Of a stretch of 64,000 nt of DNA, positions 58,310 through 64,000 are shown in pieces; the first letter of the stretch is position 1; the number at the start of each line of letters is the position of its first letter. The DNA lies in the NCBI GenBank assembly GCA_031441465.1, contig JANOEP010000039.1, forward strand, positions 32,001 to 96,000, read 5' to 3'. The notes beneath the pieces were generated by a model. That model was given only the letters and a program-made list of their open reading frames with translations, had not been told where the DNA came from and did not search any database. The DNA is from a bacterium. Its GTDB lineage: Bacteria > Krumholzibacteriota > Krumholzibacteriia > LZORAL124-64-63. The position numbers were made by a program, and so were the translations under genes.

Positions 58310-59733
58310 GCCGTCACCTCTTCCAGCAGGTCGGCGAGCGTGGCTCCGGCCGCCTCGCCGGCGATGGTCAGCTGCAGCCCGGCCGGGGTGCGGCCGTTCC
58401 AGCGGCCGGCGGCGACCCCGCGCGGCACGTAGCCGCCGCGCAGGGGATCGAGCACGAGGTCGGCGCCGAGCTGGTAGGCCCCGTCGTAGACGGGCTTGCC
58501 ACGGCCGCAGATCACGGCGATCTCGCAGGCGGTTTCGTGGCGGGTCCCGCCCTGCCCGTCGTCGAAGCGCAGCGCGGCCAGCGAGCCCGCGCGGCCGAGG
58601 GCGGCGAGGGGCCGCATGCCGGTCCGCAGACGCCAGCCGAGACGGCGGGCGGTCGCCAGGGCGTCCTCGTCGGGAGCGGCGGTGGGATCCAGGGCGAGGG
58701 TGACCTGGGCGCCGCGCGCGTGGAGCAGGGCGGCGCTCAGCCACTGGTCCGGACCGTGGCCCCAGACGACCGCGGCGCGCCCGCGCAGATCGATCCCGTC
58801 GCGTCCGGCCAGGCGGTACAGGGCGCGCGGCCCGATGATGCCGGGCAAGTCGTGGTCGTCGAACAGGCCCAACTGGTCCAGGGCTCCGGCCGCCCAGACG
58901 ATATGGTCGGCGCGCGCGACGGCCAGGCCCGTGCCGTCGCGGACCAGCAGCATGTCGGGCTGGTAGCAGCCCACGACTGCGGTCGCCGGCGCGCGGGTCA
59001 CGTGCGGCGCGGCCGCGACGAGCGCGTCGCGCTCGTGCAGGACAGCGCGCAATCGGCGCAGACGGTGCAGGCCGGCCAGGGGGTCGTCCACGCCCGCGGC
59101 GGCGAGGTCGAGGGCCTCGCGGCGCTGGCCGCCGCCGAGGGGCGCGTCGTCGATGAGCAGGGTGCGGCCTTCGGCGGCCAGGGCCGCGGCCAGCCCGGCG
59201 GCGCCGCCGCCGACCACGACCGTGTCCCAGCGGCCCAGGTCGCGGGAGCGCGGCGGGGGTGCCGCGCCGGGCCGGGCCACCGCTTCGAGAGAGGTCCCAT
59301 CCTGGCGCCAAGTCGTCTCGTCGGGCAGCCGGCCGATGCCGGTCATCGGGCGGATGGCCCGCATGAACAGCTTCGCCACGACCGCCGGCTTGGTGAACCA
59401 CTTGTAGTAGAAGCCGACCGGCAGCAGGTGGCCGGTGTTGGCCAGAGCGGCCTGCATGGGGCGGCCGTAAGCGGCGCCGGTATCCTGCCGGGCGACGCGC
59501 AGGCCCTCGTGGACCGGCGTGTGGCAGGAGCGGACGTTCGGGACGCCGTCGATGCGCATCAGGCAGCCCATGCAGTAGCCGCGCGCGCACGAGGCGCCGC
59601 GGGGGCGGCCGTACTTGGGGCTGTGGGAGAGAACCTTGACGCCGTGATCCCACAGCGCGGCCGCGACCGACTGGCCGGAACGGCAGGCGAGGGGCTTGCC
59701 CTCGAACAGGATGGTCACTGCAGGATCGGCCAC
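58306..59733 (-). CDS. 2Fe-2S/FAD oxidoreductase alpha-subunit-like protein
   Basis: GQSVAAAL, RPRGASCARGYCMGC...NVRSC, GFYYK and GGGAAGLAAA; AAAGGAG then GTG. Confidence 0.82.
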   Translation of the reverse strand: MADPAVTILFEGKPLACRSGQSVAAALWDHGVKVLSHSPKYGRPRGASCARGYCMGCLMRIDGVPNVRSCHTPVHEGLRVARQDTGAAYGRPMQAALANTGHLLPVGFYYKWFTKPAVVAKLFMRAIRPMTGIGRLPDETTWRQDGTSLEAVARPGAAPPPRSRDLGRWDTVVVGGGAAGLAAALAAEGRTLLIDDAPLGGGQRREALDLAAAGVDDPLAGLHRLRRLRAVLHERDALVAAAPHVTRAPATAVVGCYQPDMLLVRDGTGLAVARADHIVWAAGALDQLGLFDDHDLPGIIGPRALYRLAGRDGIDLRGRAAVVWGHGPDQWLSAALLHARGAQVTLALDPTAAPDEDALATARRLGWRLRTGMRPLAALGRAGSLAALRFDDGQGGTRHETACEIAVICGRGKPVYDGAYQLGADLVLDPLRGGYVPRGVAAGRWNGRTPAGLQLTIAGEAAGATLADLLEEVTA

Positions 59734-59916
59734 GGGCGGCTCCTTTCGCGCGTCGGCGCAGCGGAGCGAAACATAGGCCGGGCGGCGGGGGGGGGCAAGG
59801 AGCCACCCCTGAAATGAACAGTCGTTTTCTTCTCTTTGTTGGGGGCGTCCAAAGCATATATTTCGCTGGCCCGCCGCTTTCACGCGGGTTTCTTCGAGCC
59901 GTCCAAGGAGCCGTCA

Positions 59917-61290
59917 ATGTCGCAGCAGAACTTCGCCGCCGTGCGCATGGAAGCCATCGACAAGAAGATCGAGTTCGTGGACCTGAAGGTCCTGGACCTC
60001 GTCGGCCGCCTGCACCACATCACGTTCCCCTTCGACCGCTTCACGCCCGAGGTCATGGGGGAGGGCATCGGGTTCGACGGGTCCAGTTACGGCTTCCTCA
60101 AGGTCGAGGACAGCGACATGGTCCTGCTGCCGGACCTGGGCACCGCCCACCTCGACCCGTTCCGCAAGCGCCCCACGCTGACGATGTTCGCCGAGGTCAA
60201 GCACGTCGACGCCGGCCGCACCCCCTTCGCGCAGGACGGCCGGACCATCGTGCGCGCGGCCGAGGGGCTGCTGCGGGAGATGGGCGTCGCCGACACCACG
60301 CGGTGGATCCCGGAGTACGAGTTCCACATCTTCGAGGAGGCGGACTTCGACTCGGGCAACACCAGCGCCCACTACCGGATGGAGAGCCGCGAGCGCTTCT
60401 TCCAGAACGCCTACCACGCCTGCAATCCCCACGACCGCCACGACGACTTCCGCGACGAGGTCTGCGCGGTGATGCGGGACTTCGACATCCCGGTCCGCTA
60501 CCACCACCACGAGGTGGGGGCCAAGTCCCAGCAGGAGATCGAGGGCTGGTTCGCCGACCTGCCGACCACCTGCGACAACGCCGTGATGACGAAGTACATC
60601 CTGTTCAACCTCGCCGAACGGCACGGTCTGCGGGTGACCTTCATGCCCAAGCCCCTGTTCGACAACGCGGGCAGCGGCTGGCACCTGCACCAGTACCTGA
60701 TGAAGGACGGCCGCAACGTCTTCGACGACCCCGCCGGCTACGCATCCCTCAGCCGGACGGCCCTGAGCTACGTCGGCGGCGTGCTGCTGCACAGCCACGC
60801 CCTCTGCGCCTTCACCAACCCCAGCACGAACTCCTACAAGCGCCTGGTGCCGGGCTTCGAGGCGCCGACGGCGATCACCTTCGGGCGCAGCAACCGGGGC
60901 GCCGCCGTGCGCATCCCGAGCTACGTGGCCGACCCCCAGCACCGCCGCATGGAGTACCGCCCGCCCGACTTCACCTGCAATCCTTACCTGGCCGCCTCGG
61001 CCATCCTGATGGCCGGGCTCGACGGCATCGTCCGCGGGCTCGACCCGCTGGCCGCGGGCTACTGCCCCGAACACCCCCCGGCCGACGGCCAGCCCCACTC
61101 CGTGGAGTTCCTGCCGCGCTCCCTGGACGACGCCCTGGACGCTTTGGAAGCCGATCACGAGTTCCTGACGCGGGGCGGCGTGTTCCCCGAGGCCCTGATC
61201 ACGCGCTGGCTGTCGATCAAGCGCGCCGAGATCCAGGCCATCAACCGGCGGCCGCATCCCTACGAGTTCTCGATGTACTTCGATCTCTAG
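59917..61290 (+). CDS. glnA: Glutamine synthetase type I
   Basis: FDGSS, PEYEF, HHEV, TFMPKP...GSGWH, NSYKRLVPGFEAP, NR..VRIP, EYR.PD..NPY and PHPYEF. Confidence 0.92.
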   Translation: MSQQNFAAVRMEAIDKKIEFVDLKVLDLVGRLHHITFPFDRFTPEVMGEGIGFDGSSYGFLKVEDSDMVLLPDLGTAHLDPFRKRPTLTMFAEVKHVDAGRTPFAQDGRTIVRAAEGLLREMGVADTTRWIPEYEFHIFEEADFDSGNTSAHYRMESRERFFQNAYHACNPHDRHDDFRDEVCAVMRDFDIPVRYHHHEVGAKSQQEIEGWFADLPTTCDNAVMTKYILFNLAERHGLRVTFMPKPLFDNAGSGWHLHQYLMKDGRNVFDDPAGYASLSRTALSYVGGVLLHSHALCAFTNPSTNSYKRLVPGFEAPTAITFGRSNRGAAVRIPSYVADPQHRRMEYRPPDFTCNPYLAASAILMAGLDGIVRGLDPLAAGYCPEHPPADGQPHSVEFLPRSLDDALDALEADHEFLTRGGVFPEALITRWLSIKRAEIQAINRRPHPYEFSMYFDL

Positions 61291-61312
61291 GCCCTGACGG
61301 CGGAGGCGGGGG

Positions 61313-61702
61313 ATGGTCGAATTCGAGATCCGCACCGGCGCGCGCAGCTCCTTTGTCGATATTACGACTCAGGTTCAACACGCCGTGGACGAAATAGGGC
61401 TGGAAGAGGGGGCGGTCCTGGTCTGGGCGCCCCACACCACTGCGGGGGTCACGGTCAATGAAGGCGCCGATCCCGACGTGGTCCGTGATATGATCGACGC
61501 CCTGGACCGAGCCGTGCCCTGGGACGCCGGCTGGCGTCACGCCGAGGGCAACGCGGCGGCCCACGTCAAGAGCAGCCTGGTGGGCTGCGGCCAGCTGGTG
61601 CCGGTCGCCGGCGGCAGGCTGGGGCTGGGCGTCTGGCAGGCGGTCTGGTTCTGCGAATTCGACGGCCCGCGCCGACGCAGCGTGCGGGTGCACGCCGTCT
61701 GA
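61313..61702 (+). CDS. YjbQ/UPF0047 family protein
   Basis: HTTAGVTVNEGADPDV, HAEGNAAAHVK and LGVWQ...EFDGPR. Confidence 0.9.
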   Translation: MVEFEIRTGARSSFVDITTQVQHAVDEIGLEEGAVLVWAPHTTAGVTVNEGADPDVVRDMIDALDRAVPWDAGWRHAEGNAAAHVKSSLVGCGQLVPVAGGRLGLGVWQAVWFCEFDGPRRRSVRVHAV

Positions 61703-61728
61703 CCGCCGCAACCGGGAAAGCGCACCCT

Positions 61729-62502
61729 TTGAAGGATCGCATCCACTTCCATCGCGCCTACAAGCGGCTCGGGCCGGTGAACCGGCTGTCGCTGGCCGCG
61801 TTGCTGTTGCTGGTGCTCGCCCTCGACGCGGCGATCGCCTGGTTCCACGCCCCCCTGCTGGACGCCTTCGTCACCCGCGTGGCGGCGCTGGCGGCGTGGG
61901 TGGGGGTGCGGACCGACCTCACGCACTGGGAGTTCCTGCCGGTGTGGGTCACGCGCATGCCGGTCCTGGACGCGGTGGGCGCCTTCCCCTCGCGCCGGCT
62001 GGCCCTGATCACCTTCATCGCCTCGGTGTTGATCGTGGTGGTGCTGCCGCGCCTGCGCTTCGTGCCCAAGGTGCTGCGCGTCTACGCGGTGTTCCTGTCC
62101 CTGTTGAACCTGATCTCCGGCGCGTTCTTCGTGCTGGTGCCGCACCTGTTCCCCTACGACGTGCTCGACTTCTCGCTGCTGTACATGGGCACCCAGTTCG
62201 GCATGTGGCTGCTGATGCCCGTGGTGATGGGGGTCGCGCTCTCGCCGCTGCAGACCCCGGTCTGGGAGCGTTTCGCGGTGATCCTGGCGACGCTGGGCTA
62301 CGCCATCCTGTTCGGCGCCGTGCGCTACGCCTGCTTCCTGTACCTGCTGCAGAAGCTGACGGTGCTGCACATGGCGGCCATGTTCTTCGCCCTGGGTCCG
62401 CTGATCGACTTCGTCTACCTGGTGGCGATCTATTCCGTGTACATGAACGTCGTGGCCCTGCGGCTGCGCGAACGGCCGGAGACGTGGCGATGGTCGTTCT
62501 GA
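61729..62502 (+). CDS. Multi-TM membrane protein associated with a GT2 gene
   Basis: About 6 hydrophobic segments; FPY and GPLIDFVYLVAIYS; overlaps the GT2 start. Confidence 0.7.
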   Translation: MKDRIHFHRAYKRLGPVNRLSLAALLLLVLALDAAIAWFHAPLLDAFVTRVAALAAWVGVRTDLTHWEFLPVWVTRMPVLDAVGAFPSRRLALITFIASVLIVVVLPRLRFVPKVLRVYAVFLSLLNLISGAFFVLVPHLFPYDVLDFSLLYMGTQFGMWLLMPVVMGVALSPLQTPVWERFAVILATLGYAILFGAVRYACFLYLLQKLTVLHMAAMFFALGPLIDFVYLVAIYSVYMNVVALRLRERPETWRWSF

Positions 62503-63752
62503 TCCTCAAGCTGTACGTGCTGCTGGTGGTGCTGATCATGGCGATCTACGCCACGCGGCACTACCGGTTCACGGTCAACCGGCTCGTCGGGGAACAGCGG
62601 CTGTACTACCAGGACCTGATCGACTCGGAGCTGCCGCGCATCTCCGTGCTGGTGCCGATGCACGACGAGGAAAAGGTCGCCAGGCAGTCGCTCGAGGCGA
62701 TCCTGCGCTGCGAGTACCCGCGCGAGCTGCTCGAGATCATCCCCATCAACGACCACTCCACCGACCGCACCGCGGCGATCCTCGACGAGATGGCCGCCGG
62801 GCACGACGTGATCAAGCCGCTGCACCGCCACGAAGGCCAGCGCGGCAAGCCCGCCGCCCTGAACGACGCGCTGCTGGTGGCGTTCGCCGACGTGATCATC
62901 GTCTTCGACGCCGACTACCTGCCCGCCCGCGGCTCGCTGCGCGACCTCGCGATCTCGTTCAAGGATCCCGAGGTGGGGGCGGTCATGGGGCGCGTGGTGC
63001 CGGTCAACACGCGCGCGAACCTGCTGACGCGACTGCTCGACCTCGAGCGCAGCGGCGGCTACCAGGTGGACCAGCAGGCACGCCACAACCTGCACCTGAT
63101 GCCCCAGTACGGCGGCACCGTCGGCGGTTTCCGGCGCGACCTGGCGCTCTCGTTCGGCGGCTTCGACCAGCGCGTGCTGGCCGAGGACACCGACCTGACC
63201 TACCGCCTGTTCATCAACGGCTGGAAGGTGGTCTACGCCAACCGTGTGGAGTGCTTCGAGGAGGTGCCCGAGACCTGGGAGGTGCGCTCGCGCCAGATCC
63301 GTCGCTGGTCGCGCGGCCACAACTACGTCATGTTCAAGCACTTCGGCGGGTTGCTGCGCTCGCCCTACCTGACGCGCGCCGAGAAGCTGGACGGTCTGCT
63401 GCTGCTGACGATCTACCTGGTGCCGGTCTTCCTGCTGACCGGCATCCTCGACTCGGTGGCGCTGTTCTTCCTGGGCGAGATGCAGATCATCGACAGCGTG
63501 CTGGTCTTCCTGTTCGTGGCGACCTACAACTCCTTCGGCAACTTCGCGCCCTTCTACCAGATCGGCACCGCGTCGCTGCTCGACGGCGTCACCCACCGCA
63601 TCCGCCTGCTGCCCTTCCTGATGTTCTACTTCCTGATGAACATCTGGACGATCACGCACGGGTTCTTCCAGGCCCTCGGCGACCGTTTCTGGCGCCGCAA
63701 GCGCGCCGAGTGGGACAAAACCAAGCGCTTCCGCAAGGAGGCGCCGGTATGA
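62490..63752 (+). CDS. Processive GT2 glycosyltransferase (cellulose synthase/PgaC-like)
   Basis: INDHSTD, GKPAALN, FDAD, AEDTD and QIRRW (QxxRW); TM helices; WDKT tail. Confidence 0.9.
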   Translation: MVVLILKLYVLLVVLIMAIYATRHYRFTVNRLVGEQRLYYQDLIDSELPRISVLVPMHDEEKVARQSLEAILRCEYPRELLEIIPINDHSTDRTAAILDEMAAGHDVIKPLHRHEGQRGKPAALNDALLVAFADVIIVFDADYLPARGSLRDLAISFKDPEVGAVMGRVVPVNTRANLLTRLLDLERSGGYQVDQQARHNLHLMPQYGGTVGGFRRDLALSFGGFDQRVLAEDTDLTYRLFINGWKVVYANRVECFEEVPETWEVRSRQIRRWSRGHNYVMFKHFGGLLRSPYLTRAEKLDGLLLLTIYLVPVFLLTGILDSVALFFLGEMQIIDSVLVFLFVATYNSFGNFAPFYQIGTASLLDGVTHRIRLLPFLMFYFLMNIWTITHGFFQALGDRFWRRKRAEWDKTKRFRKEAPV

Positions 63753-64000
63753 AGCGACGCCTGGCCGGCCTGGCGCTGCTGCCCGCGACCGCCGTCACGG
63801 CGGGGGCCGCCACCCACACGTTGTCCGTCGAAGCCGCGCTGCTGCTCGTCGCCTTCGGCCTGCTGATCGTGTTGCCCTTCGTGCCGGGCCTGATCGAGGT
63901 CTGGCGTCCGCGCGATCGCTACCCGCTGCCCGTGGACATGAACTACACCAAGGACCCGCGCTACCTGGGCCGCTCGGCCCGCGCGCTGCTGGCCGCCGCC
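63749..64000 (+). CDS. 3'-truncated membrane-anchored hypothetical protein
   Basis: ATGA overlap with the GT2 stop; open to the window end (MKRRLAG...LPFVPGLIEVWRPRDRYPL...YTKDPRY). Confidence 0.7.
   Translation, partial: MKRRLAGLALLPATAVTAGAATHTLSVEAALLLVAFGLLIVLPFVPGLIEVWRPRDRYPLPVDMNYTKDPRYLGRSARALLAAA

Overview
High-GC (about 70% by eye) bacterial chromosomal segment with about 56 tightly packed genes. I saw no rRNA, tRNA, CRISPR array, prophage or IS element. It holds a 2757-aa repetitive secreted protein with a FlgD-Ig/T9SS-like C-terminal domain and housekeeping or catabolic genes (thyX, hutU, PepC-like peptidase, split class I fumarase, FKBP PPIase, membrane pyrophosphatase, dinB, glnA). 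A group 3b [NiFe] hydrogenase operon (hydBGDA, protease, response regulator, sensor kinase, ACT protein) converges on hypABFCDE across a lower-GC islet (AAA/DUF4143 ATPase plus a sulfotransferase frameshifted at a G11 tract). Also present: an asnB-ACP-acyl ligase cassette, a fused LeuC/LeuD-type dehydratase, a proline/sarcosine dehydrogenase-like cluster and the start of a GT2 polysaccharide locus. The most striking signal is a shared extreme C-terminal motif, [S/T]-[W/F]-[G/S]-x-V-K-[A/T]-[L/A]-[Y/W]-(S)-R-stop, on four otherwise unrelated proteins, three of them with a visible signal peptide. This suggests a short C-terminal sorting signal. The protein style suggests an FCB-group lineage such as Ca. 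Krumholzibacteriota/Latescibacterota (inference). All family calls come from motif recognition, not database searches.
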